Below, in pieces: positions 30,372 through 39,897 of a stretch of 64,000 nucleotides of DNA. A program made the translations under genes and the position numbers. Position 1 is the first letter of the stretch, and the number at the start of each line of letters is the position of its first letter. The stretch is taken from assembly GCA_963703315.1 (NCBI GenBank), contig OY969811.1, positions 1,152,001-1,216,000 on the forward strand, in the 5' to 3' direction. Source of the stretch: an uncultured cyanobacterium (GTDB lineage Bacteria; Cyanobacteriota; Cyanobacteriia; Pseudanabaenales; Pseudanabaenaceae). Under the pieces are notes generated by a model, which did no database searches, was not told the DNA's origin, and saw only the letters and a list, made by a program, of their open reading frames with translations.

Positions 30372-31682
30372 CTAGGCAGGGATTTGCGACAATACAGCAC
30401 GGGTTGCTGCTAAGGTTGCCTCAATATCAGCATCGGTATGCGCCAATGAAGTGAAGCCAGCTTCAAACTGCGAAGGGGCAAGGTAAATACCATGCTCTAG
30501 CATTGCCCGATGGAATTTAGCAAACTTAGCAGTATCGCTAGTTTTCGCATCGTCATAGCTATAAACCTGTTTATCAGTGAAAAACATACCAAACATAGCT
30601 CCCACGATATTACCCGTAGCAGTGTGTCCAGTTTCATGGGCGATCGCTAACATCCCTTCTGCCAACTTCTTGGTGATCTGCTCTAAATATTCATAGGAAC
30701 CAGCACGCTTAAGGATTTCCATCGTCTTAATCCCTGCGGTCATCGCCAAAGGATTGCCCGACAATGTTCCTGCCTGATACATGGGACCCGCAGGAGCAAC
30801 TAGGGACATAATATCTTTGCGTCCACCATAAGCACCAACAGGCAAACCGCCACCGATGACTTTACCCATAGTGGTCAAGTCGGGAGTAATGCCAAACCGA
30901 GCCTGTGCGCCACCGTAGGAAAGACGGAAGCCTGTCATCACTTCATCAAATACTAACAAAGCACCATTAGCATGACAGAGATCTTTCAAGCCTTGCAAGA
31001 AGCCATCTTTAGGCACGATACAACCCGCATTACCAACTACTGGCTCGATAATGACACCAGAGATTTGATCGGGGTTTTCGGCAAACAACTGTTTTACTGC
31101 TTCGAGGTCGTTATAGGGAGCCGTAAGCGTATTCGCAGTGGTGGACTTAGGAACTCCAGGGGAGTCGGGTAAGCCGAGGGTCGCGACACCTGAACCCGCC
31201 TTGACCAAGAACATATCTGCGTGACCGTGATAGCATCCTTCAAATTTGATGATTTTGTCACGACCTGTAAAGGCTCGCATTAGGCGCAGTACGGACATAC
31301 AAGCTTCTGTACCAGAGTTAACAAAGCGCACCATTTCGACACTAGGTACGGCTTCGATCACCATTTCGGCAAGGGTATTTTCGAGAACGCAGGGCGCACC
31401 AAAGCTTGTGCCTTTTTCTAAGGCTTTATGCAAGGCTTCAATGACTTCGGGGTGCGAATGTCCAACGATCGCGGGTCCCCATGAACCAACGTAGTCAATA
31501 TATTTGTTACCATCGATGTCCCATGCATAAGCACCATTAACGCGATCGAAGACGATCGGCTCACCGCCAACAGACTTAAAAGCACGCACTGGGGAACTGA
31601 CCCCACCAGGCATTAGTTCTTTGGCTTTAGCAAAAATTTCTTGAGATGCTGTTGTCTTAAAAGTAGATAAATTCGCAGTCAT
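30372..31682 (-). CDS. hemL: Glutamate-1-semialdehyde 2,1-aminomutase
   Basis: [49 protein letters not shown]. Confidence 0.97.
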   Translation of the reverse strand: MTANLSTFKTTASQEIFAKAKELMPGGVSSPVRAFKSVGGEPIVFDRVNGAYAWDIDGNKYIDYVGSWGPAIVGHSHPEVIEALHKALEKGTSFGAPCVLENTLAEMVIEAVPSVEMVRFVNSGTEACMSVLRLMRAFTGRDKIIKFEGCYHGHADMFLVKAGSGVATLGLPDSPGVPKSTTANTLTAPYNDLEAVKQLFAENPDQISGVIIEPVVGNAGCIVPKDGFLQGLKDLCHANGALLVFDEVMTGFRLSYGGAQARFGITPDLTTMGKVIGGGLPVGAYGGRKDIMSLVAPAGPMYQAGTLSGNPLAMTAGIKTMEILKRAGSYEYLEQITKKLAEGMLAIAHETGHTATGNIVGAMFGMFFTDKQVYSYDDAKTSDTAKFAKFHRAMLEHGIYLAPSQFEAGFTSLAHTDADIEATLAATRAVLSQIPA

Positions 31683-32141
31683 TTTTTAACGAAGATTTTT
31701 TTTAGGTTTTGTGACTCTTTCCAAACTCAATTTAACTTAGCAATGATCCAAGCGTCACGCAAATCGCATATAAAGTTGCAAAAGACAAAACCAAAATAGA
31801 AGGACGGCGCTTCGCGCCGTCCTTCTATTTTTGGATCTGAATCTTAGATGATTTATGAGAGTGCAGTTACTTTCATAAACCATCTAGGAGCGCCCTAAAT
31901 GATATTTTAAAGATTTAATTATGATATAATAGCGATTAAAAATATTTGTGTCGCAATAATACTTAAAATTTTTGCATTTATGAAAAAGCATTCGACGTTT
32001 CGTATATGATACGTATAGATAAGGGTGAATCGTGTTAACGAGATTTATAAAGTTCATATTCTTTATGAACCTGTAAAGGTAATCGTTAACATATAAACCG
32101 CCACCTATCGAAGCTTAAATAACTAAGAATTGTTCGATCCA

Positions 32142-32819
32142 ATGAGAATTCTACTTGTAGAAGATGATGCCAATTTAGCTGATACGTTAGCAGAAGTGTT
32201 AACAGGTCAGCACTGTGTTGTAGATATTGCAAGGGATGGGGAAGAAGGCTGGGAGAAATCTCAAGCTGATGACTATAACCTTATCTTGCTAGATGTCATG
32301 TTGCCTAAGTTAGATGGCATTAACCTATGTCGTCGCTTACGCGCTCATGGTAACAATGTCCCAATTTTGATGGTTACGGCTCTTGATATGAGTTCGGACA
32401 AAGTTCAGGGTCTGGATGCTGGTGCTGACGACTATATTGTTAAGCCCATTGATCCACCTGAGTTGATGGCTCGGATTCGTGCCTTGTCGCGCCGCGCTCA
32501 GATTGCCGAACCCACTGTTTTGCGATGGGGGGAATTGCAACTCGATCCTGGTATGCACGAGGTTTCCTATACAGGTCAATCCGTGCATTTGACACCCAAG
32601 GAGTACAACATTTTAGAGTTGCTGCTTCATCATGGTCGTCAAGTATTAAAGCGGATCACCATTGTCGAACACGTTTGGTCTCTGACTGATCCACCTAGAG
32701 AAGATACGATTAACGCAACCATTAAGAGTCTGCGTAACAAGTTGAAGGGTGCTGGCGCTCCTCACAATTTGATTGAAACAATTCATGGTGTTGGCTATCG
32801 TCTGAGTCAACTTTCATAG
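32142..32819 (+). CDS. OmpR-family response regulator (orphan)
   Basis: LLVEDD, LDVMLP, GADDYIVKP; winged helix LTPKE..IETIHGVGYR. Confidence 0.92.
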   Translation: MRILLVEDDANLADTLAEVLTGQHCVVDIARDGEEGWEKSQADDYNLILLDVMLPKLDGINLCRRLRAHGNNVPILMVTALDMSSDKVQGLDAGADDYIVKPIDPPELMARIRALSRRAQIAEPTVLRWGELQLDPGMHEVSYTGQSVHLTPKEYNILELLLHHGRQVLKRITIVEHVWSLTDPPREDTINATIKSLRNKLKGAGAPHNLIETIHGVGYRLSQLS

Positions 32820-32877
32820 TCTAAAAAGGGAGTGCTTAGCACTCCCTTTTTTATGGAGTTATAGAAGCGATTGGGAG

Positions 32878-33330
32878 CTATAACAAGCCAAATTCTTGTA
32901 AGGCGGGTAAAAAATTATTGTTTTCGTGATTGGATGTGCTGAGCTTAATTAATGCAAAACGTTGCAACGGGGTGAGATTTTGCCATTGAGATAGGGCGAT
33001 CGCCACTTTTAGTTCTTGGGCATGATGCAAAACACTAATTGGTATAGCTGTGGGGTCTAACCATGCTGGATTTTCTTCAATGGGTAAATCATTAGGATAG
33101 GTTTGAAAATATTGATAAACCAGCGATCGCAGATTTTCACGATAATTTTGAATTTCATCGATGGTGGTACAAGGCAAATCGATCAAAGTTTGACGTTGTA
33201 TCGTTGAGAAACTATGCCAATGTTGAAGCTTAAGTTTGATGCCACAGGTGTCAAGTTTGTAACGTACTTGCATGGGGATACAGCGCAGGGTGTCTACAAA
33301 ATCGGCTTCAAACTGGAAAAATTGGGGCAT
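32878..33330 (-). CDS. narM: Nitrate reductase maturation protein NarM
   Basis: FFQFEADFV..LRCIPMQVRYKLDTCG.KLKL..W..L.PLQRFALIKL..HEN.NF. Confidence 0.8.
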   Translation of the reverse strand: MPQFFQFEADFVDTLRCIPMQVRYKLDTCGIKLKLQHWHSFSTIQRQTLIDLPCTTIDEIQNYRENLRSLVYQYFQTYPNDLPIEENPAWLDPTAIPISVLHHAQELKVAIALSQWQNLTPLQRFALIKLSTSNHENNNFLPALQEFGLL

Positions 33331-33367
33331 AGGTTAATGTCGAGATAGTTCGTTGAGTCTAAATTGG

Positions 33368-33445
33368 TTCTCCATATTCTTGCAATTATTGGGCAATTAT
33401 TCTCAACTGGTGGTCTGTGCTGGTTTGGGGGGAGTGATCGCAAAA
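33368..33445 (-). pseudogene. Decayed TPR-repeat relic
   Basis: Translates FCDHSPQTSTDHQLRIIAQ*LQEYGE, collinear with repeats of the 36495-38273 protein such as DFYSQASTYNQLG and GIVTQALREY. Confidence 0.65.
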
Positions 33446-33464
33446 CAGACTATTTCTAGAGACT

Positions 33465-33887
33465 TTACTTTTTGGTTGCTTCTGGATTGATGTAATCGCA
33501 AAAGATGTTGATACCTACTTTGAGAATATAGAGAACGACGACGGTTGCGATCGCAGGATCAATGGGAAACCCAACTGAGTGAACGACGGAAACAATTAAT
33601 CCTGTGAGTAATGGAGCGCTAGTAGGATTTTTGTTATATTCTTTGACCTGATTTTGGAAGCCTTCTTTACTGCAAAGTTCTTGACGGAAGACTGTGACTG
33701 TGGATTGCCAAAGTTTGGTTTTGCTGAAGTCCTGTTGTCCATGTTGTTCTGTCCATAGCTCCTCAAAGCTTTTTTCAAGATCGCCATTGGTTTCATTAAG
33801 CAGGGTTAAGGTCTTTTGAGCAGGGGCATAGTCTTGCAAAAGTTGGCTAACGTTTTGGATTTCAGTTGCAGTTAGTTGAGTAGTCAT
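33465..33887 (-). CDS. Hypothetical protein with hydrophobic C-terminal hairpin
   Basis: Clean ORF; NGDLE..ELC..PAIATVVVLYILKVGINIFC. Confidence 0.75.
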   Translation of the reverse strand: MTTQLTATEIQNVSQLLQDYAPAQKTLTLLNETNGDLEKSFEELWTEQHGQQDFSKTKLWQSTVTVFRQELCSKEGFQNQVKEYNKNPTSAPLLTGLIVSVVHSVGFPIDPAIATVVVLYILKVGINIFCDYINPEATKK

Positions 33888-33938
33888 AATTTTAAAATGT
33901 GTAAGCTAAAGCGCGATCGCTCATCATTAGAATCGTAG

Positions 33939-34682
33939 CTATAACTGTGGTTCTATTCCCGCCGCACGAAGTTGTGCCATCAAAGTTTCAACTTTCTGGC
34001 GTTCCTGCTGGGCAAGTAGTCGTTCTTGCTCGGAGCTTTCCCAGCCTGTAAGCAGGAGATTACCAGATGCGTCCCACCAACGCAGCCAAGGTAAATCTAG
34101 GTTTTGATAAATTCCTTGCCAAATGCCAAGCTCTACGCCAAGTCCGTCAATGGGATAATGTCCGCGCTCATTAGCCGAGACTAATTCAAATTTATTGGCT
34201 ACATGGCGATATAACTCAATGCTCGATTTTTCTACTTCGTAAATACCGTAGAAAGCAGGGCGAATCACTTGCTCATAGATGAAGAATTTGCCTACCCAAG
34301 GTGTGCGATCGCGTTCTTCTTTACCGCTACCAGAGACAAATTCTAAAACAATCAGAGGTGCAATAAATTCTTGCCAAAGCACATAGGAACGGCGGGGTTT
34401 TCCATCGAGATTGGGAGGTACATTTGGCACATAAAACCAGTCAGGAGCTTCTGCACCTTTTTCGGGTGGTTCGGTAATGCGCCAATAGATTCCCGAATCT
34501 TGCCCGATCGCATACTGCCCGTCAGGATGATGTTTTTGTAAATGTGGCTCAATAGAGTCGGTCAGCAAAATACTTTGTGGATGTTCTTGAAAGTTTTTCA
34601 CAAATGTACCGTCGGAGTCAGGAAGTTGTGTATGGTCTGGCAGGATGACAGGATTGGTAGACGGGTCTAAGGTGAAGGTCAT
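33939..34682 (-). CDS. Uma2-family endonuclease-like protein
   Basis: LPDHTQLPDSDG..EHPQ..APDWFYVP..LEFVS; coiled-coil tail. Confidence 0.88.
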   Translation of the reverse strand: MTFTLDPSTNPVILPDHTQLPDSDGTFVKNFQEHPQSILLTDSIEPHLQKHHPDGQYAIGQDSGIYWRITEPPEKGAEAPDWFYVPNVPPNLDGKPRRSYVLWQEFIAPLIVLEFVSGSGKEERDRTPWVGKFFIYEQVIRPAFYGIYEVEKSSIELYRHVANKFELVSANERGHYPIDGLGVELGIWQGIYQNLDLPWLRWWDASGNLLLTGWESSEQERLLAQQERQKVETLMAQLRAAGIEPQL

Positions 34683-34709
34683 ATTTTTTATGCACTTTTT
34701 TCAAATTAA

Positions 34710-34958
34710 CTAACTTGCTAGGGCGAGAGTAAGAACGCTAAAGATTTGGTTGGATTGTAATGGAATAACCCAAGACTTAGGAATAGCCACAATATGAATG
34801 GACTCACCCAATGCGTTGAATACTTCCAAAATACAGCCTTTTTCTTGATTGTGAGGATGCGGTACAAAGTCGATTAGTGTGGCGATATCGCCTTTTTTTA
34901 GCTGGTATTCTGGCAGATCGCGATTCAGATAAACTTGTTGATATAGTTTGAGATTCAT
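34710..34958 (-). CDS. DUF4926-like protein
   Basis: LYQQV.L.RDLPEY.LKKGDIATLID..LEVFNALGESI; start after AAGGAG. Confidence 0.78.
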   Translation of the reverse strand: MNLKLYQQVYLNRDLPEYQLKKGDIATLIDFVPHPHNQEKGCILEVFNALGESIHIVAIPKSWVIPLQSNQIFSVLTLALAS

Positions 34959-35044
34959 GATTTTTTCTCCTTGTATGGCTTCAGGGTAATAAATTGAAAC
35001 TTTTGATTGATCGCTCTTTGCAGCCAAACTGTAGTTACAGATCC

Positions 35045-35488
35045 TTACTCATCTTGAAGCTTTTCTAAATCGGCTAGGTCTTGAAGTCGCCCAGAGGCTA
35101 ATTTATTTTTTTTGAGATTGTCAAGATTGATAAATTTAACAGGTACATCATTAAGGATTACTTCAATTTTGGAATCATAGCAGGCTTGAAAATCAATGCC
35201 ATCAGGATTTGTGATTAAATCAATTCGGTTAGGGGGGTAGCCAAGCTGAATGATTTGATTAGGAGTTTGAAAGTCATCAGATGTTAATCCTAAACTTTCA
35301 AATCCAAATTGAGTTAATGCCGTTACTAGTTTTTGAGCATTTTCTTCGCTTATTTCAATCCAAATGTCGATGTCTTTGGTATAGCGTGGATGTCCATGAA
35401 CTGCAACAGCATAACCACCAATAACGAGGTATTTAACTTGGTTGTCGTTTAATAATTGTATAAACTCTTTGAAATCTTGGTTGAGCAT
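35045..35488 (-). CDS. Minimal nucleotidyltransferase (putative TA component)
   Basis: VIGGYAV..HG.PR.TKDIDI..K.ASGR.QD.AD. Confidence 0.85.
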   Translation of the reverse strand: MLNQDFKEFIQLLNDNQVKYLVIGGYAVAVHGHPRYTKDIDIWIEISEENAQKLVTALTQFGFESLGLTSDDFQTPNQIIQLGYPPNRIDLITNPDGIDFQACYDSKIEVILNDVPVKFINLDNLKKNKLASGRLQDLADLEKLQDE

Positions 35489-35621
35489 TGTATTTGTATT
35501 GGTGATATTCTTGGCGAATTTGTTCGAGTGCTTCTAGGCGTTTTTGAGGTGTTTGTTGTTGCCAGTATTGAAAGTCGTTAGTTTGCTGTTTGAGAGAGAT
35601 TTTATTAATGACTTTTTCCAT
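35433..35621 (-). CDS. Small partner of the nucleotidyltransferase (putative antitoxin)
   Basis: DFQYWQQQTPQKRLEALEQIR; overlaps the NTase start. Confidence 0.7.
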   Translation of the reverse strand: MEKVINKISLKQQTNDFQYWQQQTPQKRLEALEQIRQEYHQYKYNAQPRFQRVYTIIKRQPS

Positions 35622-35689
35622 GTTTTTATCCTGTTTTAATTGCTATGTAGTTTTGGTTTGGTTATTGTTTGCGATTTGCTTTGCTCCAA

Positions 35690-35971
35690 TTAGTAAACTT
35701 CGTCATGTGTGCCAATTGTCTCTAGAAGAATTGCCTGTGATTCTTCATGTTCTACAAACTTAAAAATAATTCTCAAATCATATCCGCCACTACATGACCA
35801 TGATTCTAGAAATCCTCCTTTTAGTTTATGAGTTCTTAAACGAGGGTGAAATGGATCGGTGGATAGTAGCTCTAAGGTGTTTTGAATATTTGAGGCTAAT
35901 TCTGGTTGTTTTTTTAGGGTTTTTCGAGCCGCACGGACAAAGGCGTTGGAGCGCAATAGCACATACTTCAC
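35690..35971 (-). CDS. RelE/YafQ-like toxin
   Basis: F..A.RK..DPF.P.LRTHKLKG..WSCS.GYDLRIIF..IGTHDEVY; GTG start overlaps the antitoxin stop. Confidence 0.88.
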   Translation of the reverse strand: MKYVLLRSNAFVRAARKTLKKQPELASNIQNTLELLSTDPFHPRLRTHKLKGGFLESWSCSGGYDLRIIFKFVEHEESQAILLETIGTHDEVY

Positions 35972-36189
35972 GCGAGAAGTTCCTCCATGAGTTGTGATGG
36001 TGTTACGGGTTTGCATTCACCTAGTGCAAATTCTTGTTGAGCTTCTTGTACGTCTTGAATTAGTTCGGCTCTGTGTCTGTCGCGTAGTCGATTTTGCAAA
36101 ATCCGAATCAAGTCTTCTTGGTCTTCTAATTGAAGGAGATCGGCTGCTTCTAAGATTTTAGTAAAGGTCGTTTCGGGTATGGTGGTCAT
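35968..36189 (-). CDS. Cognate antitoxin
   Basis: 73-aa acidic protein directly upstream of, and coupled to, the toxin. Confidence 0.8.
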   Translation of the reverse strand: MTTIPETTFTKILEAADLLQLEDQEDLIRILQNRLRDRHRAELIQDVQEAQQEFALGECKPVTPSQLMEELLA

Positions 36190-36438
36190 GTCTTTGGGCT
36201 GCTAAACACTTGAATTTATTATACTTCAGCTAAATCGCGATAAATATCATCATCCATTTTTCCCTTTTTAATTTTGCCTTGATAAGCTCGCTTGACGAGG
36301 TTAATTTTAGATTCTGGAAAGGTTTTTGGTGTCATGTTTTAGGGCAGCTAAACACTTGAATTTATTATACTTCAGCTAAATCGCGATAAATATCATCATC
36401 CATTTTTTCCTTTTTCCTTTTTAATTTTGCCTTGATAA
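36185..36438 (-). repeat. Direct duplication (~100 bp, twice) of the TA promoter and start region
   Basis: 36185-36285 vs 36331-36438 near-identical; each copy has TATAAT and an ATGAC start on the minus strand. Confidence 0.88.
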
Positions 36439-36494
36439 AATCGCCTGTTGATAGTTTTGCCGCGCTTCTCCATATTCTCGCAAGCCCTCAAATA

Positions 36495-38273
36495 CTAGAT
36501 TGATTCAAAGCGTTTTCGTACTTCTTCAACAGTTACTCCTAAAATCTGAGATACCTCTTCTAATAAACTCTCATCTTGGGTAGTCTGATACAAACGAGAG
36601 AAACTAGGAATAGAAAAAGTTTGCACGCTATATTCATCATTAAATTCAAGCCACATATTAAGAGCCTGTAAGAAATTATTTTTTGCTTCTAAAAACTTTT
36701 CGTTTTTTGCAGAAACTGCACCTAAAGCTTGGTATGTACAAGCTTGGGAATAACAATCATCAACTTCGACAAAAATATCTAGAGATCGTTGATAGTTCTG
36801 TCGTGCTTCCGCATATTCTCGTAATTCTTCCGCCAACATTCCTAACTGATAGCAAGTTTTAGCTTGAGAATAACAATCATTAAATTCGATATTGATAGAG
36901 AGAGCCTTTTGATAATTTTTTCTAGCTTGCTCATATTCCCTTAATGAATATGCAATTACTCCCAAATTATGATACGTCCTAGCTTGAGAATAGCCATCTC
37001 CTAATTGTATATAAATAGCTAGTGATCTCTCACATTCTTTTTTTGCTTCATCATATTGCTTCAACATTTGTGCCACTAAACCTAAATTATTATGGACATT
37101 AGCTTGTGAAAAGAGATCACCAAATTGAATATAGATTAAGAGAGCTTTGTGGAAATTTTCTCTTGCTAAACTGTAATCTCTGACTTCTTGAGCTAATCTT
37201 CCTAATTGGTTATAAGTACTTGCTTGAGAATAGAAATCCTCAAGTTCATCTTTAATCATAAATGACTGTTCAAAGTTATCAATTGCTTCATCGTATTCAC
37301 GTAATGCTTGTGTAACAATACCTAACTGGTTATAGACTTTAGCTTGTCCCTGTTTATTACCAGTTTGCTTGCAAATCAATAATGATTGATTAAGAAATTG
37401 CTTTGCAAGTTCAAATTCCCTAGTATCATGACAAACACTACCTAAATCAAATAAAGATGAAGCTTCTTCACGTTTATCCCCAATTTCACGACTAAGCTCG
37501 ATCGCCTGTTGAAAATAGAACTTTGCCTTATCAAACTCGCGAATGGATTGATGTGCTTTACCCAATTGATTTAGCAATTCTAACCTTGTGCGACTACTGG
37601 CTTCCGTATCTTCAGAATATTCTTGCAATAACCTCTCTAATAAATCAATTCGTTCCCCTTGTTCGGGTTTCGCAAAATAGCGATTGGGATTGTGAGAAAA
37701 ATTAGAGACTTCAGCAGTTAAGCGATCGCGGGTTTCGGGGGGAGTTTGAAATCGAAAAGTTGCCGATGTCCATGCCCAAAAGTCGGGTGCAAACTGCGCG
37801 ATTCTGGTTACCGCATAGTCAGGTAGCGCAAATAGGACAGGATGAGGAATCGCAACAGGGAAAGAATCACGGGCATAATTGAGATTGGTTAAAATTGGCG
37901 GATTGTCACCACTATAGGTGATCGCCTTTTCCAAACCATGCAAAATCACAACTAATTTTTTATCAGTTTGAATCTCGATCTTAGCTAACTCTTGCTTAAT
38001 TGCTTCCAACAGAAACCGCAACTCTGGATCGTCAAAACGTAATACTACAAACTGAATAGATTGACATTTGGGATGCTCCTGCAACGCTGCAATCAAAATG
38101 TCAATATCAGGTGGAAAATTGATCTCTGCAAACGCTACCTTAAAACCTTTAGACATCTGCACAAAGGCAAGCAAAATCTGAAACACTTCCTGATTTTGCT
38201 CTAGCAAGGCAACTATCTGAGCGCGATCATCGTTAGAGTTTTGGGAGGACACTGATGGCTTTGGTGAAGGCAT
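36495..38273 (-). CDS. TPR protein with N-terminal degenerate P-loop/STAND-like domain
   Basis: About eight 40-aa repeats (D.YSQA.TY.QLG..A..LREY..A..NYQ..L); N-terminal ILHGLE..NYARD..APDFWAW with no Walker A. Confidence 0.82.
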   Translation of the reverse strand: MPSPKPSVSSQNSNDDRAQIVALLEQNQEVFQILLAFVQMSKGFKVAFAEINFPPDIDILIAALQEHPKCQSIQFVVLRFDDPELRFLLEAIKQELAKIEIQTDKKLVVILHGLEKAITYSGDNPPILTNLNYARDSFPVAIPHPVLFALPDYAVTRIAQFAPDFWAWTSATFRFQTPPETRDRLTAEVSNFSHNPNRYFAKPEQGERIDLLERLLQEYSEDTEASSRTRLELLNQLGKAHQSIREFDKAKFYFQQAIELSREIGDKREEASSLFDLGSVCHDTREFELAKQFLNQSLLICKQTGNKQGQAKVYNQLGIVTQALREYDEAIDNFEQSFMIKDELEDFYSQASTYNQLGRLAQEVRDYSLARENFHKALLIYIQFGDLFSQANVHNNLGLVAQMLKQYDEAKKECERSLAIYIQLGDGYSQARTYHNLGVIAYSLREYEQARKNYQKALSINIEFNDCYSQAKTCYQLGMLAEELREYAEARQNYQRSLDIFVEVDDCYSQACTYQALGAVSAKNEKFLEAKNNFLQALNMWLEFNDEYSVQTFSIPSFSRLYQTTQDESLLEEVSQILGVTVEEVRKRFESI

Positions 38274-39588
38274 TGCTACGCATAAGTAAAGGATTGGGAT
38301 AATTCCAGCGATCGCTACCGTTATATTCTAAAACCGCCGTACTATAAAGCATCTGGACTTTAACATCTTCTTCATCAGAGAAATCTTTGTTTAAGGCGAT
38401 ATAAGCTAACTCAGTAAAATATTTTTTATTAGAAAGCGATCGCTCCAAACTAAATTGCAGTTGCTTAATCGCATATTCCACATCCTCAGCCAAGATCTTG
38501 TCATGTTCGCGACCACTCGCCGTTAAACAAGCTCTCTGCATCAACTGCATCAATTGCCGAATATGCCCACCACTCGCCTTTACTAATTCCATTAGCTCAT
38601 CACGCGAACCAAAAATCACATCCACATCCACCCGTTTTTCAATGATTTTTGCCACCGCATCTAAACTTTTTTGGTTGAACTCTAAGGGATATTTAGCGCG
38701 ATCGAGTTCATAGATATTCACCATCGGCACAATATGCGGATCGTCAAAGGAATTACTCAAACCACGCGATGAATAGAGTGCTGATATCGGAACTGTGTAA
38801 ATTATCGAACAGTGTAATGATGTAAGCTGCGCTGCATAGTCAAAAAACAACTTGTCAGAGACTGCAAGCGGACAGCGATCGAGATTATCAACAATCACCA
38901 AAAAGCCTTTGTAATTGGGAAACTTTTTCCGTAATTTTTTCAGCCCATCCCCCAACAATAAATTGATGTCACCCTTCATGCGGGTAAATTCTTTTTTCAA
39001 GGTTTCCCTAATCGTTGTTTTCTGAGACGAAGAATTCTTGAAAACACCTTTTAACTTGAATAAAAGCTTGGCAAAGAACGAAGCCTCACTACCCAAACTA
39101 GCTGATGCTTCGACATCTAGGGACAAGGCGACTGATCGCTCGTCTTCTGTCGTAACCACTTTGAACCAATCCTCCACACTCTTGAGTAATTGCTGATCAA
39201 AGGTAATTTTAATTTTGAGATCTCTCAAAGCCTGTTCTACCTGACCAATCACCATTAAATAGATATCAATGTAATCCAAATCATTAATATCAGTTTCGTC
39301 TTCCACATTCAAAAAGACAGTCAAATATTGATCCCGACACTTATCCTCAATGCGCCTCAGCTCTGTACTTTTGCCACAGCCACGATGCCCTGTAAACAAA
39401 ATCGTAGAAAATGACTCAGGTTTCTGCTGCTGCAAAATTTGCCCAACCTGAGTGATTGCCTCACTATTTCTCGCTTCTAGCAATGGCAAATAAAATCGCT
39501 CTAAGCCCTTGCCCTGAAGTGGCTCTACATCACAGATTTCATAGGCATCTGTAAGATTTGCGGCTAACTCGTAAGTAGGGTTGGTCAT
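38233..39588 (-). CDS. P-loop ATPase (AAA/KAP-like), coupled to the TPR gene
   Basis: GHRGCGKST Walker A, VIVDNLDR Walker B, SGGHIRQL; 41-nt overlap with the TPR gene. Confidence 0.88.
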   Translation of the reverse strand: MTNPTYELAANLTDAYEICDVEPLQGKGLERFYLPLLEARNSEAITQVGQILQQQKPESFSTILFTGHRGCGKSTELRRIEDKCRDQYLTVFLNVEDETDINDLDYIDIYLMVIGQVEQALRDLKIKITFDQQLLKSVEDWFKVVTTEDERSVALSLDVEASASLGSEASFFAKLLFKLKGVFKNSSSQKTTIRETLKKEFTRMKGDINLLLGDGLKKLRKKFPNYKGFLVIVDNLDRCPLAVSDKLFFDYAAQLTSLHCSIIYTVPISALYSSRGLSNSFDDPHIVPMVNIYELDRAKYPLEFNQKSLDAVAKIIEKRVDVDVIFGSRDELMELVKASGGHIRQLMQLMQRACLTASGREHDKILAEDVEYAIKQLQFSLERSLSNKKYFTELAYIALNKDFSDEEDVKVQMLYSTAVLEYNGSDRWNYPNPLLMRSNAFTKAISVLPKL

Positions 39589-39702
39589 GGGTCTTTAGGC
39601 TTAAGCTCATACCTAGTCTATATACGCGAATCATAGCAAACTATTGAAACTGCTAGGTAAAAACTATTCAGATTAAAACTATTCAGATTAAAACTCTTTC
39701 CA

Positions 39703-39819
39703 CTAAATCAAAAAGGGATCGCTAATCTTGATATTTGGATAATCAGGCCCATCAATCCGCAAAGTGGCAAGAAAGCCATCATCCACCTGTTGCTCTTCAC
39801 GGATTGTAATTAAGGGCAT
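39703..39819 (-). pseudogene. 38-aa truncated ORF resembling the N-terminus of cyanobacterial CHAT-NTPase-TPR proteins
   Basis: MPLITIREEQQVDDGFLATLRIDGPDYPNIKISDPFLI*; family resemblance is from recall, not searched. Confidence 0.5.
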
Positions 39820-39897
39820 CGCACTATAAAACCAAAAAAATAGTTATTCAAGCCTACTGCTTATGATAATTCAGTTGATGACAAATCACCATGACTT

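Noticed and set aside
39660..39695. 15-bp tandem repeat AAAACTATTCAGATT (2.4 copies); also a 14-bp tandem near 5944
   Set aside because: Too few copies to tell an operator from slippage.
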